From Raja brachyura (lineage: Eukaryota), in contig OY740807.1 in the NCBI GenBank assembly GCA_963514005.1, positions 29,264,001 to 29,328,000 on the forward strand: a DNA stretch of 64,000 nt, given 5' to 3'. How positions within the stretch are numbered: the first letter of the stretch is position 1; every line of letters starts with the position of its first letter. A program made the translations under genes and the position numbers. Below the pieces are notes generated by a model. The model saw nothing but the letters and a program-made list of their open reading frames with translations. It searched no databases and was not told the DNA's origin. This document shows, piece by piece, positions 36,501-47,929 of this stretch.

Positions 36501-39500
36501 TGGGCTTTTGGATGGAAATTCCAGTGCATAGGAGCTAATCAATGAAAGGCTTGGTCTTTAATGGTTGGATGAAGGGAAGGAGCATGCAGAAGAAGCTCGA
36601 GGAATGCAGAAATCATGGATTGAAAAGATAAAGGAGGTTGCAATGACATGAAAGAATTTGAACACAGGAAAGTTGTAGCTGTAGAAAAGACAATCCTGCA
36701 TTTGTGTGGGGTGAAGCAGCAGTTTAAAATAAGATGGAACCAAGGTTTGCACTATTTGTTGAGGAGAAACATTGTTGTTGACTTTAAAAGAACGGAGGAG
36801 AAAATATTTTCTCAAAAGTTTTGATATGTCAGCTATCTTCATGCTAATAGAAATATATTGCATTATTGCTGAAAACTAGGCTTTTAAAAAACAATTTATT
36901 TGGCAATATCTAAGGAACTGGTTAAAACTCTACTGTGCTTATTCTACCTCTATATATCAAGAACAAAGTATTCTGACCCTGATGGGAAAACATGGACTTC
37001 TCCGTGCACATGTTTTATCACAATGAATGCCTTCATTGAAAGTTTGGATGCTGCCTGATTGAGGGGCTAAGCCCAGGTCATGATCAAGCCATTGGCCCCA
37101 TTGCACAAAGATGTGAGCATAGTCCTGGTCCAAGGGTATCATCTGGTTGGACACCTGCAGAATTTTATTCGATACTCTTCGCACCTGAAAAATAAAAAAG
37201 GTAATAAAAGATATTGTGTTTGGAAACATGATTCTTGGCTCCTTAGAGAGTATCAGAATCTAGCAATGTCAACTCTTCATTACTGTATCTAGAGTCATGA
37301 GGGCTTTTGTTATTAATACAAGGCTTCCAGCTGCTAGGAGAAAAATAGCATAGGCCAGACAGGTCAGACCCAGTCTTTAGTGATCCATTAACCATTCAAT
37401 GGGTCTTACACTATTGTCACAAGGCCAGTGTACTTCATGGATTACCTGTGCGGAAGATGCTAAACTGAAGCGAAGGACAATCTTGAGATTGAGAGCCCCA
37501 TTACCTTGCTCCCACCTCTCCCATTGCCACATTTAGTTTGTGAATCTCTTTCCAGGGTCGACAGTAATTCTTCCGCATGCAAAGATCACAATAACAGGAG
37601 AAGCTGGGTGCCTGGTCTGCTGCGTCCTAGTGTGATTCATGGGCCTTCGGTCACATCTTTATCTTACTTGTGACAGGAATGCACTATTAACACTCATGCT
37701 GATTTATTCTTCACATGTTATAGATTTTCCTCTTCAACGTATCAGTGATATGAGTGTGTTTCAGGTATGCCATTGGAGAACAAAAGCCAGAGGAAATGCA
37801 TATGCCAGTTACGTTCCCCGGAACTGGATGCAGTGATGGGACTGAAAGCTGGAATGGAAGAAGTTTACCATCCCAGTATACGGACCGTATAATCCAGCAT
37901 CTGCAGTTCCTTCCTACACAAGGAAGAGGTTTCATTCATTAGGGATTCTGGTTTTCAATTGCTTAACTTAAGCCTCTTTTTATATATATAGTGCCACTTG
38001 GCTCCCCGAAACTGGAAATGGGGGAAATGGTTTTTCCCTTTGATTGCTAAGAGTGAGATTGTGAGAGAGGGAGAGTGAAAAGAAGGGGGGTTACACAAAA
38101 AGCTGGAGAAACTCAGCGGGTGCAGCAGCATCTAAGGAGCAAGTGAAAAGAAATTCTGCGCTGTCCCTAATTATCCATCTGAAGAATAACTTGCCTACCA
38201 GCGGCAGACGAAATCCTGAATATAACGTCCTTCTGCTCCAGCCCTTTGGAAGTGAAAACCCATCCTCATATTGAGCTGGGAGCCAGCGGGCAAATGCAAC
38301 ATTAGCCGCTCCCAGACGAGGATTCTTCCTAGAAAATTGACAAAATAAAACAGGTGAATGTAGCAACGTTACAAAATTTTGAGATTTAAAAAATCAAGTC
38401 TGCAATTTATCCCATCAGATAAAGCATAAAAAGAAGTTTAATTTGACACCTAATTTACTTTCATATCTTCAGTATTAAGAAAGTTATGGCCATTTTCATA
38501 CTCGGAAATTAGCATCTTGCTCCCCATTGCCTTTCAATTGACTTAACTCAAAAGCTGTGATCTGGGAAAGTTAAAAGCCCATAACTTTCTTAAAAATTAA
38601 GAGAACTCAATGAAATTTTCAGTTATTATAGATTGAAGCATTCTGAAACAAATATGAAACAATCTTACTTGGATGACCTGAAATTAAAGCATATAATTAG
38701 TTAGTTATCTAATTGTAGCTAATTACAAAATTCAATGAGTAGATCTAAACATCTATCCATGTCTTAAGAAAAGATAAACTTTTTTTAAATTGCCTAAGTG
38801 TCCAAATAACATTCACACAATAATCCACAATATAACATAATTTTTAAATCTCATTTTCATGAATTTCTGGGCCAAATGGAAGGAATTTAGTGTTTAATGC
38901 CTGTAAATTAATGGCCATTTAAATCAACTCGCGAGTGGGTTTTAGTGGAATGCGGTGGATTGGAACGTTGCGGTTAGCGGTGAACTCAGTATGAAAAATA
39001 CTGTTTGTTCATACATTTTTTTGGACCCCATTTCGCAACATAAAAATATTATTAAAGCCTCCCGAAAAACCAACTTTTAATATAAAAATAAACTATTTAC
39101 CTTTTTTCTCCCCTTTGCAAAATCCTTCCGGTTATCGGTTCTCACGGCTTTTGAAGGTGATTTTGAAATTACTCTAGTTAATAAATAATTTAGAGTAATT
39201 TAAAAATACCTTCATTCATGAAATGTCGGAGCGATTTTTCATCTGCAATGAAATCGCCCGACATTCATCGATTTTCCAGGTCTGTTGAAAAATGGCACTT
39301 TAAGCCCGCCCCCCTCTGAAAGGCGCCAAAGTCGCGCACACGGGGAGCGGCAGAACTGCAGCGCTGCTCAAGGTAAGTTTTGCAACATACCTAGTGAATG
39401 TATTTAATCTTATTTTTCCAAATTATTTCTGTCTCCATGAGTCACAAGTGATAGGAGCAGAATTAGGCCATTTGGCCCATCATGTCTACTCCGCCATTCA

Positions 39501-42500
39501 ATCACGGCTGATCTATCCCTCCCTCTCAACCCCATTCTCCTGCCTTCTCCCCATAACCCCTGATACACGTACTAATCAAGAATCTATCTATCTCTAACTT
39601 AATAATATCCATTGACAGCCTCAACATCCTCCTGTCGCAATGAATTCCACAGATTTGACACCCTCCGACTAAAAGCAGTTCCTCCTCCTTCCTCAAGGAA
39701 CGTCTTTTCATTCTGAGATTATGACCTTTGGTCCTTGGCTCTCCCACTAGTGGAAATATCCTCTCCACATCCACTCTATCCAATTGGTACAGGACTATCT
39801 GTCTTTCCAATCTATTATTGATGGCCCAATAATACTATTCTCCAAACTCTACAGTCCCTCAGGGCTGTCTTTCTAACTCTTTACCTATCCCCATTCTGAC
39901 ATAGGACTATCTTCCAGTCCCATGATATAGATATAGACCTGTTCTTCTAAGGGCTAATGGCCCAACATATTTTTTTAAGATTACCCGTCTAATTCCCACT
40001 GACCTTGCAACCCGCATGGGATCACACACTCACGACCCTGAACCATCTGATGCCGACTCTTTCACGTGCAGTTTTATCAATTCCTGCCTCAGGGAAAGAC
40101 CCTCTTCCTCAGTGGGTGCCAGGAAACAGACAATACAAAGAGATTACAACTCAGACAAGTTTACAATCGTGCACCAAATTCAGTACTGACAATGAGCCAC
40201 AGGGCTGTGCTGGTATAAATGGCTATCATATGCCTTTGCCAAATCTCAGTGCGTCTGGTAGTTTCACGCATGTGGATAGTACCACAGTTGTGTAAAACAC
40301 AAATTCATATCAATAGCCTTAAGAGTGCAACTCATAGTTGCCTCTTCATTGTACCTCCATCTGCACAAACTTCTTATCATTCCTCATCAGACTAACTCCA
40401 GGTGTGAGTGTGGCACGATACCAAGTGCAAATACTCTCCGGTATCTTGTGGGATTGAGTTCCATTATCAGGCTAGAGTTTGTCCCAGTGCCAGGTAGGAA
40501 TCCTGTTCAGTACCAGGTGAGAATCACTCCAGTCCCAGAGAGAAGTGCAGCCTAATGATAGGTTCAGTGCTGGGTGCAGTGCCAAACAGGGGTATGTTTG
40601 AGAGCTCGGTGATTGTAGTTTAGCTCCAGATCACTTGCTATGCTTATCATTTTACTGTAGGATATCCAATATTCTGAAATTAATCGAACAAAGAGATATC
40701 TTTGTCAAATGTAATGGTTGGGTTCAACTACACTTTTGATATTTAATTGATTAATGAGTTTTGGCTTTGAATTTTGTCCCTAATGAAACTTTGTATTGTA
40801 ATTACTGGCTGTGAATAACAGTACTTACTTTCTGGCTGTGAACAACAGTTCTATTTGATAATTGATTAAATTGAATGAAAGATACAGCATAGAAAGAGGC
40901 TCTTCAGTCCACGCCGACTATCAATAACTTGTTCACCCAAGTTCTGTGGTATCCCACTTTTCCATCCGCTCCCTATACGCTGGGAGTAATTTACATAGGC
41001 CAATTAACCACATCTCAAAGACGAGGAGGATGTAGGAGGCAACCAGAGTACCCGGAGGAAACCCGAACAGTCACAGGGAGAACATGCAAACTCCACACAT
41101 TCAGCACCCATAGTCGGGTTCGAACCCAGGTCTCTGGTGCTAGGATGCTGCAACTCTACCAGCTGTGCCACTGTGCCGCTCTTGCACAGTTGTGCCACCT
41201 CATCAATATGGTCACCAATTTAAAGGTTGTGTAATGCGACTGACTGCTTTCTAGACTGCAATGTTTACATAAATTCCAGCAACAATTTGTGACAATCCAT
41301 GGAATCAACCAGGCATTTTGACCCTTCTGCTTGTGGCTCGGGTATAACTCTGTACACTCAACAACAGGCTTTGCTGGAGGATAAGAACTCAGCGAGCACA
41401 TGTACTGTAGAAGCTTTTTTTAGTGCCTACCTGTTGTTGCACTGAGAGTTGATGGTCCTATATCTGTTTGACCAACAGTCACCCCCACAAACTGTGGGCA
41501 GGGATGGAGCTGAGCAGCCAGTGATCCTCGAGATGGTATCCAGATCTGTCTGCGTTAATAGATCTGCTCAACACACAAGGGAGAACACTGTAAACTCTGA
41601 AAGATGGTCCACTTCAAGGTCCCAATGCGGCAAATGGTGCAGTTTCATCGTGTGTGTCAAATACTGTGTAAGTTCATAAGATCATTAGTGATTGGAGTTG
41701 AATTAGGCCTTTCGGCCCATCAAGTCTACTCCGCCATTCAATCGTGGCTGATCTCTCTCTCCCTCCTAACCCCATTCTCCTGCCTTCTCTCCATAATCTC
41801 TGACACCCATACTAATCAAGAATGTCCCCGCCTTAAATATATCCACTAACTTTGTCTCCACAGCCTTTTGTGGCAATATGTACAAGAGAGTAAATTTATT
41901 TTGAAACAAAGATGTATTCCACAGCTCAAGTTTCAGTTGAGATCATTATCAAGCTAGGTTAGGGGATTATCGTTTATGTAAGTAGAATGTTTCCAGGGGA
42001 CAAATTCAAAGATTGAAACATTTTTATACTATGCAACACCAATTACAAACTCACAAATTTGAAGTCTCTGAATGAATTGAAATTTAACGGGAAAGCAGAA
42101 GCCTGCAGGTTAATTCATTAAACAAGACTGTGCTCACCAGTTTCATTGGGTCGATATTGGTGTAGTTGAGTTATTTGTAAAATATTTACCCTGATATACA
42201 CTCCCATCACTACTTCACTACCACATTCTGACATCACTGATAGTGTCCTTTCGGCCTCTTCTATAATGCTCTACCATCCAACCCAAACTCAGATCAATTG
42301 CCAGCCTCTGATGCCCCCATGACTGCATTGTCCTGCATTAATTGTACCTGCCAACTGAATCACATCCTGATATCCTCTCCCATACAATCATTGCCACAGA
42401 GGGCTGTGGAGGCCAAGTTAGTGGCATCATTTTAAGGCAGAGATAGACAAATTCTTGATTGGAATAGGTATCAAGGGTCATAGGGAGAAGGCAATAAAAT

Positions 42501-45500
42501 GGGATTAGGAGGCAGAGATCAACCACGATTGAATGGCGGAGTGGACTCGATGGGCGAATGGCCTAATTCTGTAACGTGAACTTGTGAACCACTCATCCCT
42601 CAGTATCATATCATCTGATGCTATCACTTCCCCGAAGTGGAGCTAGTGGAGGATAGACATATTTACTCATATAGGACAAACAATGACTTTGTATTCATGC
42701 TTGATTGCATGTCCCTGCCAGAATACCCTTCACAAAACTGGACTGCACTTGTCTGGCTCTATTAATGCATATTTATTCGACCATTTTTCAACCTTAAATG
42801 ACTTTCAAATATATATATTTTTTTAAGTCTGAAAAGAGAAGTTAGTTTTCCTGACCGGGGGACAGTCGCTACTTTAAGTTTAGAGTTAAAGCGTGGAAAC
42901 TGGACTTTCGGCCTACCGAGTCAGCAAACAAACCAATGATCACCTCGCACACTAACACTATCCTACACACACAAGGGAAAATTTAACATTTTTGGAAAGC
43001 CAATGAACCTACACACCTGTACATCTTTGGAGTGTGGGAGGAAACTGGAGCACCCAGAGAAAACCCATGCAGATCATGAAGAGAACGTACCAACTCCGTA
43101 CAAACAACACCCGTAGTCAGGATCTAACCTGGGTCTCTGGCGCTGTAAGGCAGTAACTCTACCGCTGCGCCACCGTGCCGCCCGATGAACTAACGTGTGC
43201 TATTGTAGATATCAGCAGTATTTGTATGCAGCAACTAGAAGATGAGGTCAGGGATGCCTGCCAATCTGAACTATCTCCTGGAGCAATAACAAGTGCAAGC
43301 CCATCATTGGTCTCCTGTGGGCCTGGCACTTTTCTAACTCACCTGTTATATTGAGCCGGTGTTTGTAGATGCCCTTGGCATTGTGCTGGATGAGCTTTAG
43401 TGCAGTTTCCATGTACTCAGCAGACCGCACCGCAGTTCTAGTCTCTCCCACAGGCTGCTTAAAATAGGCCAGCAGGTCAGCTGAAGTCAGGGCCCCTTTT
43501 GCCAGTTTAACCTTGTGGCTGAATAAAGCAACTGTTTTCAGATAAACTAAAATTGTATAAGAGATAACCAGACATCTTCATTTCTGTGACATTTTTTTAT
43601 GAAGAGTGACTTTCCAAGGTATTTCACGTAGGCACAAAGAACAAATGAAAAGATAAGGAATTGAGAATCAGCAGACAAATAGGAAAGACGTTTGGCCCAA
43701 CATTAGAAAGTTCCGATCATCTCCCCAACCCCTTGCAACATCCAATTTAATTTTGAGATACAATGGGGAAACAAGCTCTTCGGCCCACCGAGTCTGCACC
43801 GACCAGTGATCCCCGCACTTTAAAATTACCCTCCACACACTAGAGACAATTTACACATATACCAAGCCAATTAACCTACAAACCCTGTACGTCTTTGGAG
43901 TGTGGGAGGAAACTGAAGATCTAGGAGAAAATCCACGCGGTCAAGGGAAGAACATACAAACTCCGTACAGACAGCACCTGTAGTCAGGTTCGAACCCGGG
44001 TCTCTGGCGCTGCAAGCTCTGAAAGGCAGCAACTCTACTGTTGCGGCACCATGCTGCCCTAATTAAATTGTTTATGAAATGATTCCAAGAAATTCACTAA
44101 GTTTATTCTATGGTTTTAGTACAAAGATATCAGTCCTTAAGCTGCCACTTATAAGTTTTAACCTGCATAACGTTACTTATTTTCAATTCATCCCATAATG
44201 TCCGAGCTACTTTTCCCAATTCGGTCAATGTTGATTCTATCAGAAAGTTGACAAAATTATATTAAGCTTATATATTGGATGTGACTTGGAAAAAATAATG
44301 CTTCCAACATTGAATCCCTGCTGCACTGTTGAAATTTTCACTCCAGCCTGACCTTGATAGAGAATGCATAACTGATGAAATTCAGCAAATAAAAAATGGC
44401 AGAAATTAAATAACAGGACAGAAGGAATCAAATGTAGGACAGAGGAATCAGATACAGTACTAAATTATACGGATGATCAGATCCAGATGATCACAGATTC
44501 AAAAGGCAATGAAATGGTGAGGAAATATTACACTGGTAAAGATTCATCAACATTATGGGTGATTCCAGGTCGTAAGCTATGCACCCCAAAAATCCCCTTG
44601 TCCCTTGATAAAGTTGCCTTTTTCCTCCTCACGCAGTTTTCCAGCCGTATTATCTGATTTCTTCTTGTTCAGCTCCGATAACTTTTGCGCACCTATGTCA
44701 GAGTTAAAGTTCTCCTGAAATCAGACTAAATTTCTAGGGTAGACACACAAAGCTGAAGTAACTCAGCGGGACAGGCAGCATCTCTGGAGAGAGCGAATGG
44801 GTGACGTTTCATGTCGAGACCCTTCTTCAGACTAAATTTCTAGTCTGAATATCAAATAGCAAATAACAAAACAGACATCTAAATATTTTGTCACACCACT
44901 GATGCGAGTACACTGGAAATGATGTATGTACACTGGCATATTGTTTGTGTATTAACTGTTACTTTCAACATGCTGAGGTCTCTATTACCCTTAAAGAACT
45001 GTATCACGTGGTGAACCGTTGCAACATCTCTGGAGAACATGGTTAGGGGACGTTTCGAGTCCTGACACTTCTACAGACACTCGGTCTGCAACTGGGCCCT
45101 GGCCTACTGGCGGCCGGTGGCGAGACAAGGATTGGTGGAGTTGATGGTCGTGGCCCGCAGGCAGCCGGAGTACAGGTAGGGATCGGCGGTGACAGCAGCA
45201 TAGGTGCGGCCAAGGGAGCTGTGTGGGCCGGCGGTGTCTGGCCTGAAAGTAGTCGGAGAGCCACTGCGTGCCGGCATCGGCAGCCTGTCTTGGCGGTGAA
45301 AGTCGGTAGGACTAGTCTGGAAGCGGTTGAAGTGGTGGTGTAGGGCGGCAGCAGCTTTGGTGGTCCTGGCCTCAGAGAGACCGGGGAGGCGGTGAACAAT
45401 CGTGCTGCATCTCTCAATACCACTGCGGGTTTCGACATCGTGGCAGTCGGGTGCGTGGCGCAATCCAGCGGTGGTTTGACCGAATCCATGCTCTCCAGAG

Positions 45501-47294
45501 ATGCTGCCTGACCTATTGACTTACTCCAGCACTTTGCGTCCTTTATCATTGCACAAGTGTTGATTGAAGGAAATGCTTGTCAATTTCACTGGCCTCCACA
45601 GTGTAACTAACAGCCTATGTTCTTAGAGAGACATTGGTGACCAATTACTGTGAGACACTCGGTCCACTATAACCATTATAAGAGGTCCATAACAACAAGG
45701 GTTTACTATAATTCTAATTACAAAACTCCCTTTTTCATCTGGATCCAAGAGTGTTGGATTTATCTGATACAAATAAATATTAAACCAGTGAGCATGGTGC
45801 AGCTGCCTCCTGTATGAAGTCTACTTTTGAGGTAATTACTTACTCATCTCTGCTTTCTTTATATGCTCTGTCCACCATTTTGATCGCTTGCTGGACAGCA
45901 TTGTGAACAACCAACTTGCCTCGGACTTCCTCAGAACCTGTGCATTCAATAGGAATAGAGAAAGTCACAGAGTGCTGAAGTAGTTCAGTACATCAGTTTA
46001 GCCACACAGGTTATGGAGATGATCGAGTTTGTGGTAGACCTCCTACTGCAGGCGAGTAAGGAATGGAGCACAAAGGCACAACACAGCAGTTGGGTGAAAT
46101 AATAGGTGAAGCAGGATGCAACAGAACATACAGTAATACATCAGTTCAATCAGGAACTCTTTCCCAGATTAGTTTAGTGTAGTTCAAAGATCCAGCGTGG
46201 AAATCTACGCCCACCGAATCCGCACCAACCAGCGATCCGCGCACATTAACACTATCCTACACTCACTTGGGACAATTTACAATTTTACCAAGTCAATTAA
46301 CCTACAAACTTGTGCGTCTTTGGAGTGTGGGAGGAAACCAGAGTTTCCGGGGAAAACCCACGCAGGTAATGGAGTGAACGCACAAACTCCGTATGGACAG
46401 CGCCTGTAGTCAGGATCGAACCCGCGTCTCTGGTGCTCTAAGGCAGCAACCATACCGTTGCGCCACCATGCCACGCTGCTTTTGGAAAATATGATGAGCA
46501 CGGCTTAGTATAAACCAGGGATGGAGGCCAAGATTGTGAATGATGCCAGTTCAGCAGCAGACAGCATGTTATCTATTACAAGGTTGGGATCAGCAATCAA
46601 ACTATTTCTGGAGCAGATATTGGGAGCAAGAATATTCCTGTGCATTCATTCCACTCTTTGATAAAATAATTCTTTTGAATTCCCTTTTGAATTTATTAGT
46701 GGGTGACTAATATTATTGGCTTATTATTTTTCTACCTTCTCCCTTTCAAACAACTTTGTAAATGTTGAGAACTTGTTGAGTTACCTCTCTGCTATCTCTT
46801 TGCTGGGGAGAATGTCAGCCTTTCCAAATAAATGTATCCTCTCAGTTTAGAAACCTTCATCTGGGGTGGGGTGTGGTCTTGTTGGTTACCTCCAGATTAT
46901 TTTTTTAAAATCATGTAGAGGCCAAGTCTAAGTGAGTAATACAATACTTCACAACAATCCAAAGTTAACGTAGTATGTTTTTAATGCAGCCAGACTGCAC
47001 TTTGAACTTGTGCTGTCTAGATACCATGTGCAATATTGTCAATACTAATGTACAAATGCTGAATTGTAAGTACAACATCGCTGCTTCCTCCGGTTTGATT
47101 ATCCGGACATTAGTACCAGGCGAGCATTTTCATGTGGATTCAATTTAAGAAGTTTGCTTCAAGAGATAATTGCAGAGAAGAGTTATCAGGCACCTTGGAA
47201 GGTTCAGATTCAATTTCTCACCTGCATTTACTTCATCGGTCTGAAGCACAAAAAGTGCAGTCAGGAACATGTTCAGAATCCACAAAGGCACCAT
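24489..47294 (-). CDS. Gene B: secretory-pathway heme peroxidase (EPX/MPO/TPO-like) with C-terminal Sushi domain, ~793 aa; complement(join(24489..24511,25912..26073,27864..28069,28573..28810,30013..30183,30494..30752,32985..33145,34937..35285,36978..37184,38199..38328,41431..41563,43343..43518,45844..45937,47222..47294))
   Basis: Signal peptide, propeptide exons, [50 protein letters not shown]. All junctions GT-AG; total 2382 nt (794 codons including stop). Confidence 0.94.
24808..25035. mobile_element. Palindromic Penelope-derived repeat, full hairpin copy
   Basis: Inverted arms tagacacaaaaagctggagtaactca / tgagttactccagctttttgtgtcta. Confidence 0.75.
25912..26073 (-). CDS. Gene B exon (162 nt), Sushi/CCP domain CGSAP...[37 protein letters not shown]
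   Basis: CCP consensus; phase 1-1; same length as the gene A Sushi exon. Confidence 0.92.
26155..26296 (-). mobile_element. Short ~140-bp retroposon with 11-bp TSD TGGTTTTGAAC
   Basis: TSD at 26144 and 26297; same family as 16321-16454. Confidence 0.8.
27389..27618. mobile_element. Palindromic Penelope-derived repeat with hammerhead-like motifs; related copies or fragments near 1-46, 300-410, 3812-3970, 12460-12570, 25545-25695, 27068-27155, 29185-29285, 44740-44835, 48805-48930, 61475-61570 and 62770-62945
   Basis: Arms tagacacaaaatgctggagtaactcagcggg... and their reverse complement flank a central cttcttcagac/gtctgaagaag axis. Confidence 0.75.
27864..28069 (-). CDS. Gene B exon (206 nt), FWWEHQGVF...[10 protein letters not shown]...[10 protein letters not shown]
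   Basis: GT-AG; paralogous to 17353..17558. Confidence 0.94.
28573..28810 (-). CDS. Gene B exon (238 nt), [11 protein letters not shown]...NLRDGDR
   Basis: GT-AG; conserved motifs. Confidence 0.95.
29592..29818. mobile_element. Palindromic Penelope-derived repeat, full hairpin copy
   Basis: ~95-bp inverted arms centred on cagactcagtctg. Confidence 0.75.
30013..30183 (-). CDS. Gene B exon (171 nt), [10 protein letters not shown]...[16 protein letters not shown] (absent from the ORF track)
   Basis: Translated by hand; ctaccag| and |gtactg. Confidence 0.94.
30494..30752 (-). CDS. Gene B exon (259 nt), [10 protein letters not shown]...[12 protein letters not shown] (proximal His)
   Basis: GT-AG; paralogous to 9367..9625. 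Confidence 0.95.
31160..31700. mobile_element. Harbinger-type MITE, TTA TSD, internal acgtaggttgtc repeats
   Basis: tta|tgggcctgtcccactt ... aagtgggacaggccca|tta. Confidence 0.88.
32303..32878. mobile_element. Two V-SINE-like copies in inverted, tail-to-tail arrangement
   Basis: Plus-strand copy at about 32303-32560 and minus-strand copy at about 32600-32878. Confidence 0.7.
32985..33145 (-). CDS. Gene B exon (161 nt), [11 protein letters not shown]...[10 protein letters not shown]...GAFHQ
   Basis: Distal Arg/Glu motif; GT-AG. Confidence 0.95.
34937..35285 (-). CDS. Gene B exon (349 nt), IPRNDFRF...[11 protein letters not shown]...[19 protein letters not shown]...PCFMAG
   Basis: attaatag|ata acceptor, gcag|gtgaga donor; open frame. 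Confidence 0.93.
36978..37184 (-). CDS. Gene B exon (207 nt), VRRVSNKI...[13 protein letters not shown]...PCFPIR
   Basis: Distal His motif GQxxDHD; GT-AG. Confidence 0.95.
38199..38328 (-). CDS. Gene B exon (130 nt), [30 protein letters not shown]...LPL
   Basis: Conserved RWLPAxYEDG; GT-AG. Confidence 0.95.
38361..39393 (+). mobile_element. Non-autonomous DNA transposon, ~1.03 kb, TAG...CTA termini, 7-bp TSD GTGAATG
   Basis: TSD at 38354-38360 and 39394-39400; imperfect TIR tagcaacgttacaaaa / ttttgcaacataccta; highly similar inverted copy at 49763-50792. Confidence 0.88.
39440..39785 (-). mobile_element. CR1 LINE 3' fragment
   Basis: [24 protein letters not shown] peptide. Confidence 0.8.
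40880..41180 (-). mobile_element. V-SINE-like SINE
   Basis: Same head and body as 9918-10200, reversed. Confidence 0.75.
41431..41563 (-). CDS. Gene B exon (133 nt), [18 protein letters not shown]...[20 protein letters not shown]
   Basis: Translated by hand; YRTxxxxCNN motif; gagcag| and |gtaggc. Confidence 0.93.
42880..43183 (-). mobile_element. V-SINE-like SINE
   Basis: Reverse complement begins gggcggcacggtgggcgcagcggtagag. Confidence 0.85.
43343..43518 (-). CDS. Gene B exon (176 nt), HKVKLAKG...[26 protein letters not shown]
   Basis: MPO-family LLxYFKQPVxxTRTAVRxAxY motif; GT-AG. Confidence 0.94.
43755..44058 (-). mobile_element. V-SINE-like SINE
   Basis: Same family, with ggttcgaacc B box. 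Confidence 0.83.
45844..45937 (-). CDS. Gene B exon (94 nt), propeptide [31 protein letters not shown]
   Basis: Resembles the MPO/EPX propeptide motif (VDxAYK); gcacag| acceptor, |gtaagt donor. Confidence 0.9.
46175..46473 (-). mobile_element. V-SINE-like SINE
   Basis: Same family. Confidence 0.82.
47222..47294 (-). CDS. Gene B first coding exon, signal peptide [24 protein letters not shown]
   Basis: gttttcag|aATG acceptor 1 nt before the ATG, hydrophobic core, VNA cleavage-like motif, gcag|gtgaga donor. Confidence 0.85.
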
Positions 47295-47929
47295 TCTGAA
47301 AACATTCAGCAAATGAATCTAGCTGTCAATGCAGAGATGGCAGAAGATGCATGTGATCCATTTTACTGCAAACGGAGAAAGAAAAAGTTATATAATGACA
47401 GTATCAGCCCAGGTGCTGCTGCAAGCAAGGTTTTTATTGAACCTGATTGCAGGTTGCCAAAAATTACAGCGGGATTTTGACCAATTGGGATAAGTAGGCT
47501 GGGAAATGGCAAGTGGCATTCATTTCAGAGAAATGTAAGGCATTTTGGAAATTCAAAACAGGGTATGACTTTCACAATGAACCTTAGGGACCTATGATGT
47601 GTTACAAAACAAAGGAATGGAGTTGTACAAGTGGTTCAGAAGACATTTGGCACACTCATTTTTTATTGGTCAGGGCATGGGCTGAGTATGGGAGTTGGGA
47701 CATTATGTTGCAGTTATACAAAATGTTTGTGGCTGGTTCACAAATAGGAGAAAATTAAAAAGTATGCAAAGAAGATTTATAATAATGTTGGCAGCACTTG
47801 AGGGTCTGAGGTATTGACAGCGAGCAAGCAATGATTTTATTCCCTGTAGGAAAGGTGTGACAGAGGTGTAACCTTATAGAGGTTTATGGGATTATGAGGG
47901 CCACAGGTAAGCGAGCAAGGTAGTGTGCC

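Noticed and set aside
45043-45549. 168-aa Pro/Ala/Thr-rich ORF as a mucin-like exon of gene B
   Set aside because: The flanking gene B exons (45844 and 43518) already join in phase, and the ORF begins inside a repeat arm.
777-47294. Assigning the symbol TPO, MPO or EPX
   Set aside because: There is no EGF/TM region (unlike TPO), no Met243 (unlike MPO), and a CCP is present (unlike EPX/LPO). Orthology needs a phylogeny.
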